From assembly GCF_963921235.1 (NCBI RefSeq), contig NC_086097.1, positions 99,760,001 through 99,824,000 on the forward strand: DNA of 64,000 bases, given 5' to 3'. Below are positions 48,331-60,461 of the stretch, piece after piece. The position numbers were made by a program, and so were the translations under genes. Source of the DNA: Mobula hypostoma. Lineage: Eukaryota. How positions within the stretch are numbered: the stretch's first letter is position 1; the number at the start of each line of letters is the position of its first letter. The notes beneath the pieces were generated by a model, which had not been told where the DNA came from, searched no databases, and worked only from the letters and a program-made list of their open reading frames with translations.

Positions 48331-48673
48331 CAGGGAAGAATAGTAACACAAACTGTTTTCGATTTACCATGGTCTGTAAATTTAAAAAAAATAGAATTAT
48401 GACTTGTCTTTTTCAGTTATCAAAATATCTTATAACTTTTAAATGGATATATATGTTTCAGCCTAGGTTAACAATAATTTGGATCCAAATCCTAGCGAGT
48501 CAATGCGGTTTTATAGACTTACCTTTAAATTTAAATATAGAAATGGGATATAGTAACGTGTTTAAATTGTGACCAAGAAACGAGAACAGAAATTATGAAA
48601 CTTTAAAACAATCATATGCAGACGCAGAATCTTTAATAAGATTTTGGTTTGTGTTTCAGTACATTACACTTAC

Positions 48674-48763
48674 CATTTCTCTTCTTCTTTCTTCCTCCCT
48701 TTCAGCTTCTTTTTCATAGTCTCTGGCCTTCTTCCGTTCTCTTATTTCCCAATTTTTAAGACG
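48674..48763 (-). CDS. RBM25: RBM25 exon
   Basis: 90 nt, RLKNWEIRERKKARDYEKEAEREEERRREM. Confidence 0.95.
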
Positions 48764-49142
48764 CTATATAAAAAGGCCAAATATTAATTAAACAAATCCA
48801 AATTTAATATAACACAGCAGCTTCAAATCCAATGGCAAAATTCAGTACTAACTCGAGTGGTTCAGCAAACAGTACAAACCATCAATGTTATTATGCATTT
48901 AGAATTTTGAAATCAACTTAAATTACACAAATCCTTTAAAATAACTTCTAGTATCCTTTCTAGATGGAGATTAAGAAATCAAATTCTGAGAGCACAAGAT
49001 GCCCCAACTTTGAGCACCAGTCAGAACATCAAACAATGCCAAGATCAAATACACCCAGACAAATTAAACCTGTATATGTTCCTCTAGTTTATCTCCAACC
49101 TGACTAAGTTAGCAATACTTTTCATCTAGTTCAGCTTCCCAC

Positions 49143-49257
49143 CTCTTGGTATGCATTTTCTTTCTCACGGAGCTTCCTTTCAAGTTTCCGACGTTCATAC
49201 ATTTCTTCTTCATCTTCTTCCCTATCCCTTTTCTTCTCCTTTTCTCGGCTTTTCTCT
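49143..49257 (-). CDS. RBM25: RBM25 exon
   Basis: 115 nt, EKSREKEKKRDREEDEEEMYERRKLERKLREKENAYQE. Confidence 0.95.
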
Positions 49258-49344
49258 CTGCAAATTTCCATTAAATGTAAGAATCTGATCAGAAGTAATG
49301 TTAGCATGGTCTTATGGCTGAAAACTACAACATTATATAAACAG

Positions 49345-49843
49345 CCTAGCACAAAAAGGGTGCAGAGGAGATTTATAAGGATGTTGCCTGGATTGGGAAG
49401 CATGCCTTATGAGAATAGGTTGAGTGCACTCGGCCTTTTTTCCTTGGAGCGACAGAGGATGGGAGGTGACCTGATAGAGGTGTATACGATGACAAGAGGC
49501 ATTGATCGTGTGGATAGTCAGAGGCTTTTTCCCAGGGCTGAAATAGCTAATACGAGAGGGCACAGTTTTAAGGTGCTTAGAAGTAGGTACAGAGATATCA
49601 GGGGTAAGTTATTTATTTATTTATTTTTAAACGCCGAGTGGTGAGTGTGTGGAATGGGCTGCCGGCGATGGTGGTGGAGGAGGATATGATAGGGTCTTTT
49701 AAGAGACTCCTGGAATGGTACACAGAGCTCAGAAAGGTAGAGGGCTATGGGTAACCCTAAGTAATTTCTAAGGTAAGGACATGTTCAGCACAGCTTTGTG
49801 GGCCGAAGGGCCTGTATTGTGCTGTAGGTTTTCTATGTTTCTA
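49345..49843 (+). mobile_element. CR1 LINE 3' fragment
   Basis: RVQRRFIRMLPGL...GDLIEVY; TTCTATGTTTCTA tail. Confidence 0.88.
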
Positions 49844-50350
49844 AATAACCAACTCTGGCAGCAAGGTACAATTATAACAGATGCCCAAGAAACTTGGGAG
49901 AAATTATCTCCATATTCTGGCAGCAGAAAAAGCGAGAGTGAAGAGGAAATGCGTAGTGTGTATGCAGAGCATGAAAATAAACGGGCCAAGCAGTAAAAGT
50001 AGTAAGATACAAAGATCAGGATGGAAAAGTCGATAGTACCCACAGTTTATTTTCTTATCCACACCCCCCCCCCCCCGGGTGAAGCAATGTCTTTTATGTC
50101 AATGCTTTTATGCCATAGTAAACTTGTACTTTGCTTTGGTAGAAGCTGATTTTCCATTATCTTATTTCAAGATCATGCAACTGACACCAAATCTTCAAAA
50201 AGTCACTACTCTTTCTAGCAACTATTTGAAAAAATAAATATTAGAATATAACCAGGGACGGTGAAAATGTATCATGAAAGATTATTTTCAGGCAAGTGAA
50301 TGATTAAGATATAACTTAGTGAAACAGGAACCATTTCCTAAAATAATCAC

Positions 50351-50685
50351 CTGGATCTACTTCGATCCTTGCTTCTCTCCCGGTCCCGGCTCCTTTCTCT
50401 CTCTTTATCCCGCTCTCGATCCCTTTCTCGGTCGCGTTCTCTTTCCTTATCCTTCGTTCTCTCACGATCTCTATCCCGGTCTCGCTCACGATCCCGATCC
50501 CGCTCACGCTCTCGTTCCCGCTCCCGTTCCCGCTCACGCTCCCGTTCCCTCTCCTTTTCTTTCTCGCGTTCCTTCTCTCTTTCACGCCTTTCTCTTTCTC
50601 GCTCACGTTCTTTCTCTCTATCTCTTCTCTCCTTTTCAACTTCTTGTCTTTCTTTTTCTCGTCGCCCCTTTTCTTCTTCTAGTTT
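50351..50685 (-). CDS. RBM25: RBM25 exon (RE/RD-rich region)
   Basis: 335 nt, KLEEEKGRREKERQEVEK then RE/RD dipeptide repeats; TAG/GT boundaries; frame consistent with neighbours. Confidence 0.94.
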
Positions 50686-53116
50686 CTAAAAATTAAAAAA
50701 ATTCTTACTCATTAGAGATATTTACAATATTGCAATGCTACAAAAATGTATTAATCTCAAGATCATAAAAAAGGATGTTGACATAAAGTTTGTCAACTGT
50801 ATCAGTAACACACAACTTTATATAATTATTTAAATACAGATAAAACAATCAAAATTTTATTTAAAAAAACATTATGCCAGATTTCCTACTAGAAAATGAA
50901 CAGACTACAATCCATCCTTTGAAGTGATTTGACTTACAGTGGTCTGCTAGGACTTGGATCGTCAAGACTGGATTAACATTGCCTAAAAGCTAAATGTCTG
51001 GGAAGAGCAAGTAAATTGTTCACAAGTAATAGAATAACCATGTTGTCAGCACCAGCAGATGCCAACACATTAGAAAAAGCAACTTTTACAATATACAAGA
51101 TGTTACATACAATAAATCATCCCTAGTTTACAATTAAACAGTAAATTATTAAACAAACATTATGCAACAATTGAAAAAGTATTAAACAACTGTAAACACA
51201 GGTTCTTACCTCAAAACTCTTGTTGGCGATCGGCAATCAATGACTATCAAATCAGCAAACAATAATGAAAAGGAAGCTTTTACAACACATCAATTTATCC
51301 AATCAGTATGAGGCAATAAGAAAATATAACTATCACCACCACCTACTGCTGGATATACTGATGTAACTGCCATAACTGATGGTAGAAGAGGTGCAAAATA
51401 GATTTCAAATATGCCAAGTGTATTAAGCGCAGATGCACATATCTAGCTTGAGAAATGTTTTAATGTATTAAGATGTATTGAAATAGGGCAAATATGCATG
51501 CCATCAAATTCCCAGGCTATTCTATATTGTTAAAACTGTTGTTACTACAAGACCACCCCACCTATATACAATACTTAAATATCACATAAAGGGCTATTTC
51601 TTCAACAGAAAGGAATTCAATTAATGAGTTACAGGATTTGTACAAACTTACCTCTTCTAAAGGCTACTAGCTTTACTATTACCTCTTCAAGTAGTAAAAC
51701 ACTCTTTTACATACTTACAAAATTCTGAAATCCCTTATAGCTGAATACATTTTCTTGGGACAAGCTTGACATAACTAGGGAGAAATATTAAAAGGTAGGT
51801 CTAAAAGCTTTATATCACCATACCTTTAATATTTTAATTCAGTTTTCAATGCAATTAACACTCCTATCATTATTTAAACTTAAAAAATTAACTGACTTAC
51901 AAATGATTCCAACTACTTTGATGTTAATGGATATTTTTCAATGCAAGCTGCCTTAGATTTAAAAAGAAAGGGAATGAATGAAAATAATAAATTTAAATAG
52001 TTTAATTTAAATGTCAAATATAAACTAAAAGCAAAGGAGAAAGGAGGGAAAAGATAAGCTTATTGGGTCTTACCTCATATTCTTCAGACTCATCAGTACT
52101 CTAAATGGACACCCCCTGTTAAACTGAACTTTTGACAGCAACAGTCTGAAAGACTGTAGCAAATACATTACAATACAAGAGTCAAAACATGCAAAGGTTG
52201 ACTGTACACATATTAAAAGTTCCCAATATTGAAAATAATTGCATTAAACCAGAAGTAGGGAGATAAACAGATTATTCAAGATTGTGAAAGCAAACGACTT
52301 TAAAGAATGACCAGCTGCACCTTTGCATATTTCTCTAAGGGGGCATCCATGAATTTTATAAAAAAGAAACGGAAGCTCATACTTACGTCCTATCCATGCA
52401 TTTTCACAAGTTCTGAGTTCATCTTGCTTTAGTCACCATATGATCTCTATCATAATGGTGGGGGTCAATGAATAGATTAGCTTTAAGGGCATGTACATTA
52501 TTCCATGCATGTTATATGGTATCTGTTTTGGATTTCCCTACCCCATTTTCTTCTTCTACGCCTAACGATTCAATAGTACCACTTACAGTCCACTAGGCAA
52601 TTGCTCGAAGGCAAGGTTCTAACTTTGTTCTTCCTTCTCAAATTTGCATTCTTAAGTTGCTAGATTTAATTCCTGTACTATTAAGTTTGGTTATTAAATG
52701 CACCACAAGCAATAACCTGACAATGCATTAAAACTTATCAACATCCACTGATCAACTGATAACTCAAAATGGTTTTAGTACTAATACTGAATTCCAATAA
52801 CTAAATAAAAACAAAAAAATGTATCCCCCTTACAATTCATTTCTAAGTACACCTGAGAAAATCAGATTATACGTGCAAATATACAGTATGGATGAATTTA
52901 TTTTGTCCTTCTTTGTAATTCTAACTTAAAATGGGCCCAAAGTAATATTCATCCATATATTAATGACTGAAAGGGATAGTCACTGACTACCTCAATTTAA
53001 CAATGATAATCTTACTGATAGCAAATGTTTTAAAGACCTATCAGCTTTCTAAAAAAAGCAAGTGTGTGTAGATCTTGTGCTCATATTTATAGAAATAAAA
53101 TAAATTTTGGTACTAC

Positions 53117-53200
53117 CTTGTGAGTATCTCTGAATTTGCTAATTTCTCTAGAAATTAGGTCTCGTTTATCCTCTTCCATTTCCATAGCACTTATATCATC
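53117..53200 (-). CDS. RBM25: RBM25 exon
   Basis: 84 nt, DDISAMEMEEDKRDLISREISKFRDTHK. Confidence 0.95.
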
Positions 53201-54259
53201 CTGTAGAACAAAGCAATAGTTGCTAACTAAGTCATTTTAAAATTTCCTTTAATATAAAAACAATATGATTGGATTAAGCTGGAAGTACACACAGTGCCTA
53301 TAAAAAGTATCTATCCCCCATTGGAAGTTCTTTTATGTTTTATTGTTTTACAATACTGAATCTCAGTGGATGTAATTTGGCTTTTTTTTGGACACTGATC
53401 AAATACTCTTTCGTGTCAAAGTGAAAACAGACCCCTACAAAGTGATCTAAATTAATTACAAATATAAAACACAAAATAATTGATTGCATATGTATTCACC
53501 TCCTTTAATATCTAATACCAAATCACTGGTGCAGCCAATTGGTTTTAGAAGTCATATAATTAGTTAAATGGAGATCACCTGTGTAGTATTAAATAATCCA
53601 GCTGCAGGTGAGTCAGTATCCTGGCAAAAACTACACCATGAAGACAAAAGAATACTCCAAGCAACACCGTGAAGAGGTTAGTGAAAAGCACAAGTCAGGA
53701 GATGGATACAATAAAATTTTCAAGTCACCGAATATCCCTTGGAGTACAGTTAAGCCAATCATCAAGAAATGGAAAGAACATGACACAGCTGTAAATCTGC
53801 CTAGAGCTCAAAAACTGAATTACTGTGCAAAAAGAGGACTAGTGAGGGAGGCCACCAAGAGACCTATAATAACTCTAGAGGAATTACAAGCTTCAGTAGC
53901 TGAGATGGGAGAAACTGCACATACAACTGCTGACCAGCTGCCTCACCAGTTACAGCTTTATGGGAGAGTGGCAAAGAGAAAGCCACTGTTGAAAAAAAAA
54001 CTCACATGAAATCTCAGCTAGAGTTTGCCAGAAAGCACATGAGAGACTCTGAAGTCTAGAAGGTTCTATGGTTTGATGGAACCAAAGTTGAGCTTTTTGA
54101 CCATCAGGCTAAACACTACGTTTGGCGTAAGCCAAACACCACACATTATAAAAAACACACCACTCCCAATTTGAAGCATGGTGGTGGCTGCATCATGCTG
54201 CAGGGATGCTTCACTGCAGAAGGCCCTGGAAGGCTTGTGAAGGTAGAGGGTAAAATGAT

Positions 54260-55688
54260 TGCTGTGTTGTTTAAAAAAGGCTCTAAAAGTAATTCGGGAA
54301 ATTATAGACAGTTAAGTTTGATGTTGGTATTAGGTAAATTATTGGAAGGAGTACTGAGAGATAGGATCTACAAGTATTTGGATAGACAGGGACTTATTAG
54401 GGAGAGTCAACATGGCTTTGTGCATGGTAGGTCATGTTTAACCAATCTATGAAGAGTTTTTCGAGGTGGTTACCAGGAAAGTGAATGAAGGGAAGGCAGT
54501 GGATGTTGTCTACATGGACTTCAGTAAGGCCTTTGACAATGTCCCACATGGGAGGTTAGTTAGGAAAATTCAGTCGCTAGGTAACATGGAGAAGTAGTAA
54601 ATTGGATTAGACATTGGCTCATTGGAAGAAGCCAGAGAGTGGTAGTAGAGAATTGCTTCTCCGAGTGGAGGCCTGTGACTAGCGGTGTGCCACAGGGATC
54701 AGTGCTGGGTCCATTGTTATTTGTCATCTATATCAAAGATCTGGATGATAATGTGGTAAATTGGATCAGCAAATTTGCTGATGATACATAAACTGGAGGT
54801 GTAGTGGACAGTGAGAAAGGTTTTCAAAGCTTGCAGAGGGATTTGGACCAGCTGGAAAAATGGTCTGATGGAGTTTAATATAGACAAGTGTGAAGTATTG
54901 CACATTGGAAGGACAAACCAAGGTAGAACATACAAGGTAAATGGTAGGGCACTGAGGAGTGCAGTGGAACAGAGGGATCCGGGAATACAGATACAAAATT
55001 CCCTAAAAGTGGCGTCACAGGTAGATAGGGTCATAAAGACAGCTTTTGGTACATTGGCCTTTATAAATCAAAGTATTGAGTACAAGAGTTGGAATGTTAT
55101 GGTGAGGTTGTATAAGGCATTGGTGAGGCCAAATTTGGAGTACTGTGTGCAGTTTTGGTCACCAAATTACAGGAAGGATATTAATAAGGTTGAAAGAGTG
55201 CAGAGAAGGATTACAAGGATGTCGCCGGGATTGAGAAACTGAGTTACAGAGAAAGGTTGAATAGGTTAGGACTTTATTCCCTGGAGCGTAGAAGAATGAG
55301 GGGAAATTTGATAGAGGTGTATAAAATTATGATGGGTATAGATAGAGTGAATGCAAGCAGGCTTTTTCCACTGAGGCTAGGGAGAAAAAAAAACAGAGGA
55401 CATGGGTTAAGGGTGAGGGGGGAAAAGTTTAAAGGGAATATTGGGGTGGGGGGGGGCTTCTTCACACAGAGAGTGGTGGGAGTGTGAAATGAGCTGCCAG
55501 ATGAAGTGGTAAATACGGGCTCACTTACAACATTTAAGAAAAACTTGGGACAGGTACATGGATAAGAGGTGTATGGAGGGATATGATCCAGGTGCAGGTC
55601 AGTGGGACTAGGCAGAAAAATGGTTCCGCACAGCCAAGAAGGGCCAAAAGACCTGTTTCTGTGCTGTAATGTTCTATGGTTCTATGGA
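54260..55688 (+). mobile_element. CR1 LINE, 5' truncated, nested in Tc1
   Basis: GNYRQLSL, SQHGF, DFSKAFD, FADD, LVRPNLEYCVQFWSP; (TTCTATGG)n tail. Confidence 0.92.
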
Positions 55689-56042
55689 CTGCAGCAAAAT
55701 CCTGGAGGAAAACCTGATGCAGTCTGCAAGAGAACTATGACTTGGAAGAAGATTTGTTTCCAGCAAGACAATAACCCCAAGCATAAAGCCAAGATACACA
55801 GGAATGGCTTAAGAACAACAAAGTTATTTTCCTGGAGTGGCTAGGTCAGAATCCAGAACTCAATCCAACTGAGAATTTCTGGCTGGACTTGAAATGGCTG
55901 TTCACTCATGATCCCCGTGCAATCTGACAGAGCTTGAGCAGTTTTGTAAAGAATGGGGAAAAACTGCAGTGTCCAGATGTGCAAAGCTGATAGAGGCCTA
56001 TGCACACAGACTCAAGGGTGTAATTGCTGCCAAAGATGCATT

Positions 56043-57155
56043 ATTCCAAAACGAAGGAGCTGCCCTCTTCCTTCAAAGGGGCTTCCCTTCTTCTGCCATC
56101 AACGCTGTTCTCAACTGCATCTCTTCCATTTCGCAAACATCTACCCTTACCCCATCCTCCCACCGCAGATAGGGTTCCTCTTGTCCTCACTTACCACCCT
56201 AACAGCCTCCGCATCTAGCACAGTATTCTCCGAAACTTCCACTATCTCCAACGGGATCCCACCACCAAGCACATCTCTCCCTCCCCACCCCCCTGCCACT
56301 TTCTGCTTTCCGCAGGGATTGCTCCCTACACAACTCCCTTTGTCCATTCGTCCTTCACCACTGATCTCCATCCTGGCACTTATCTTTGCAAGTGGAATAT
56401 GTGTAACACCTGCCCCTACACCACCTCCCTCACTAACATTCAGGGCTCCAAACAGTCCTTCCAAGTGAGGCAACACTTCACCTGTGAGTCTTTTGGGGTC
56501 ATATACTGTGTCTGGCACAGCCTCTTGTATAATCGGTGATACTCGACAGAGATTGGGAGACTGCTTCGCCAAGCCTGCCAGAAAAAGCTGGATCTCCCAA
56601 TGGCCACCCATTTTAATTCCACTGTCTCATTCCCATTCCGACATGTCAATCTATGGCCTCCTCTACTGTTGCGATGAGGCTACAGGAAGGCTGCAGGAGC
56701 AACTCCTTTTATTCCACCTGGGAAGCCTCCGACCTGAAGGTATGAACATTGATTTCTCCAACTTCTGGTAATGCCCCCCCCTTCACCATTCCCCATCCCC
56801 TTTTCCCTCCCTCACCTTATATCTTTGCCTGCCGATCTCCTCCCCCTGGTGCTTCTCCCCCTTTTCTTCCTTCCATGGCCTTCTATCCTCTCCTATGGGA
56901 CTCCCCCTTCTCCAGCCTGTATCTCTCCCAAATATCAACTTCCCAGCTATTAGCTTCACCCCTCCCCCCTCCAGGTTTCACTCATCACTTTGTGCTTCCA
57001 CAGGCCCTCCCCCCCCCCCCCACCAACCTTCCAACTCTAACTCATCTTTTTTTTCTCCAGTCCTGCTGAAGGGTCTTGGCCCAAAACATGACTATACTCT
57101 TTTCCAAAGATGCTGTTTGGCCTACTGAGTTCCTCCAGCATTTTGTGCGTGTTGT
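56043..57155 (+). mobile_element. Penelope-like element, 5' truncated, nested in Tc1
   Basis: RVPLVLTYHP and IGDTRQRLGDCFA...GMNIDFSNF; aligns with 18052-19227. Confidence 0.88.
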
Positions 57156-59253
57156 CCACTAAATACTGACTTGAAGTGGGTGAATAATTATGCAATCAAT
57201 TATTTTGTTTTTAATAATCGTAATAATTTTAGACCAATTTGTAGAAATTTGTTTTCACTTTGAACCTGTGTCAAATAAAGCCAAATTAAATCCATTGTGA
57301 CCCAGTGCTGTAAAACAATAAAACATGGAAACTTCTGGTGGGGTGGGGTGGGGTGGGGGGGCTGGCGGAATATAGGTACTGTAGTATCCAATGATTAAGA
57401 AAAAGGTTTGAGGTGTTACTGGATGTTCACAGAACACTGGCAAATGCAGTAATGTGCATTTGAGGTATAGAAATTTGGTAATGGTAAGCATCCACTAATG
57501 CAAGGAAACCTGATATGACAATACATCTTTCTTTAAAAGTTAGGACAAAACTTGGCTGTAATTCCCCATGATCATCTTCAAATAGTGCCCTGAGAACTTT
57601 TAAATGCAACAAGAGTTTCAAAGACTCTGCTCAAGAGTCCTGGCAATGCATTTAAGTGCTAGCCTACATTAACTACTAACATGTCAGATTAAAATTAACA
57701 TGAAGAGGTACTGATGGACACGAGTTTTGTTAAAACATTAATGGATGGATATGTATGGATAAGCATTAATTGATGTATTTCCAGATTCCATTCCATTCAT
57801 GCCAGTAATGAGCATACATTCTCTCTAGTCTAATACTGTATTACATATTTTTATAATGCAGACTTAACAATTTGAATAATTACTTGCATTAACATCTGAA
57901 TTATGTCCACAACAGGATCTAATCTAAACTTTCCTGAAGTCTTAGCAAAGTTGAAAGTTAACTCTCATAGCTGAAAGTTAACTCTCATAGCTTCCTAATG
58001 CAATACCACTTATACTAGGATTATTTTCCTAACATTTTGCACAACCCAACCAAATGAAGTTAGTTATTGCACCATTCAATTCTTTAACCTCTTCTAATGT
58101 CCAAGAATAATTTACAGACCTTATTCTACTTAGATATTAACTTTTATAGTGTATTCATTTCTGATCTAATAACACTCCCAAACTCTCAGAAAAATAATAG
58201 ATGTAAACACATGACTGTTGGAGTTAACCACAGCTGTCACATTTAATCAAGCAGCTCTAGTACAAAAGTAGCTTGACAATGTTCAGTTCCTTAACCCTAT
58301 AATTTGCAGTTTTCAATACACAGACAAGTCTACACATGGCTATTACTTGCAGCTCCTTTCAAATGCACACTGTCACAAGATAAACTACATTTTTGATTTC
58401 CTTCTTCCATCTTTTAGCTTGCTTATCATCTCTCTTAAAGCTTTCATATCCATGTCATTATCATTTGAAATTTAACTAGTTGAAAGTTCAAATTAGTTTC
58501 ATGTAGAACAATAGTGGGACCTCAGCTTCCAAAATAACCAACTTCCAAATAGCCCTGGTCTACCCACCCCAGCCAATAGAAGCATCATTCTGTTAAATCT
58601 CAAAAACAAGTTCCAATAAAATTACCTTGCTTCAAAGCATGACAGGAATTATGTATCTAACCTTTAAGTCCCCCCTCATTGAGCAACTGCCCTAGTTCCA
58701 GAGGAATCAATCCAGTGAACCCATCTAGCATTCCTGTCACAAGCATATCTTTCCTTCGGTATGGAGATTAGCTCTGCATACATTGTTTCAGATGCAGGTC
58801 CCATGCAACTATAATATGAGAAATTTATGATTTTCCCCAATTCTCCAATTCCAGTGAAGGCCAATATACCATTTACCTTGCTAAACCTACCACTGAGTAC
58901 AAGGACGTACAGGTTCTTCTGAACACCACTTTTCAATTTTTGGTCATTTAACACAAAATGCACTGCTATTCTTCTATAAGAATTATTATTTGGGAAAAAA
59001 TTGCAACACTTATATTCAATGCCAATTCTCAGAGAGAGCTTTTTATTTAAACTATAAATCAACATTTCATCTATTGATTGAAACTATTAAAATTTCCATG
59101 ATATAATTGCCCTTACTTCAAAAAAGAAAAATATATCCTTATACCACTGTAACAAGCAGTCATCAATATTTTTGAACTTAGAACTTAATTTTATGTTAAT
59201 CATCAATTGAGAATTTAAAATAAAGGATATACAATATATCTACATTGAAATAC

Positions 59254-59430
59254 CTCCTCTTTCTTTTCTTTTTTCTTCTTTCTAGGATGTGAATCTTGAT
59301 CTTGGGAAGGTGCATTTAATTCACTGGAGTATTCTCTTATTAATCCTTCTATTGCTCCTTTTACAATCTGATCTCTCCTCTTAGTTTCCTCATCCACAAC
59401 ATCATCAGACGAATCCTCTGTTTTTGTATC
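59254..59430 (-). CDS. RBM25: RBM25 exon, most 5' coding exon in the window
   Basis: 177 nt, DEETKRRDQIVKGAIEGLIREYSSELNAPSQDQDSHPRKKKKEKKEE. The AAG acceptor is less certain. The 12 exons splice in frame (1860 nt). Confidence 0.9.
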
Positions 59431-60461
59431 CTTCAGAATGCAGCAACAATTAAAATAATACTTATTATTATGTTGAAAATCTGCCAAGTACGTAGTTAAG
59501 CATTTCCTAGCTGAAAAAAATGCCTCTTAGGTATTCTTGTAGAGTGCATTAATATGAATTCAAGAGACCAGATTTTGCTTTTACTTTTGAAATTATTTAT
59601 GAACTCGCTACGTAACTGTCTGCCCGGATTTGAAAAACTGTAAGACTAACTTGAGAATATAACTTCTTTTGCTCAAAAGGCTTCACAATACAAATGTGAA
59701 ATTCCTGTATGACATGGCATGGCCTATTTATTTCTTTAAATACATTTTCTGGCAAATCATTTTAACCACTATCTTCATATCATAAACTTATTTTCAACAA
59801 TGCGCTTCTTTACCCACTGGGGCTAAATAACAAATCTGGTTTCTTAGATATAGCAAAAAGCTGAACCAGTAATAGCTCGAAGTCCACATGCCAAATCCAA
59901 TGGGACAAAATGGGATCAATTACTCCTGCTGAACTGCCATCCTAAGTAAATAAATAATGGGCTCCCTCACAGGCCAACCTATTCCATCCTGAAACACTCC
60001 TTCCCAGAATCTCATCAAATAAGCGTTCATTTTTTAAATGTAAATAAACTCAACTACTATTAATTTCAAACTTTCATCTCCACTTGGACATAATCATTTA
60101 CTTTTCAATGAAACATTTTATTGCTTCCATTTTACATATGATAAATGTTTTCTAGCTTTTGAAACTCATTTATTACTTTATTCATTTATTGGATGAGGTA
60201 GTACTTGGTAGGAATTACTATTTATTGCCAATTCCTAACTGAATAATGGTGGGGCATTATTTAGATGGTGCACACAGCTACCAAGTTATGTAAGTAAATG
60301 TTTATTGTGAAAAGGGTACTTATTTTGGCCTGGATTTTAGGATTCACTTCATACTTTCCAGCCTCTGACCCATTCCTGGGTGTGACAAGTACAGCTAAGG
60401 TTCTGGTCAATAAGGAAGTTGCTAGCAATGGTAATGATGTTAATGTTAAGGTTGGGATTTG

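Larger units (their letters stand above)
53292..57381 (+). mobile_element. Decayed Tc1/mariner transposon with nested CR1 and Penelope
   Basis: Long TIRs CAGTGCCTATA / TATAGGTACTG-TA. HTH region MKTKEYSK (53638), then WFDGTK, KHGGGCIM, QQDNNPKH, NPTENFW. Confidence 0.9.

Noticed and set aside
50369..50689. SR-protein-like ORF on the plus strand
   Set aside because: It is the antisense reading of the RBM25 RE/RD repeat exon.
57952..57991. 20-bp tandem duplication (a 23-bp one also occurs near 2317-2356)
   Set aside because: Ordinary slippage duplications with no further structure.
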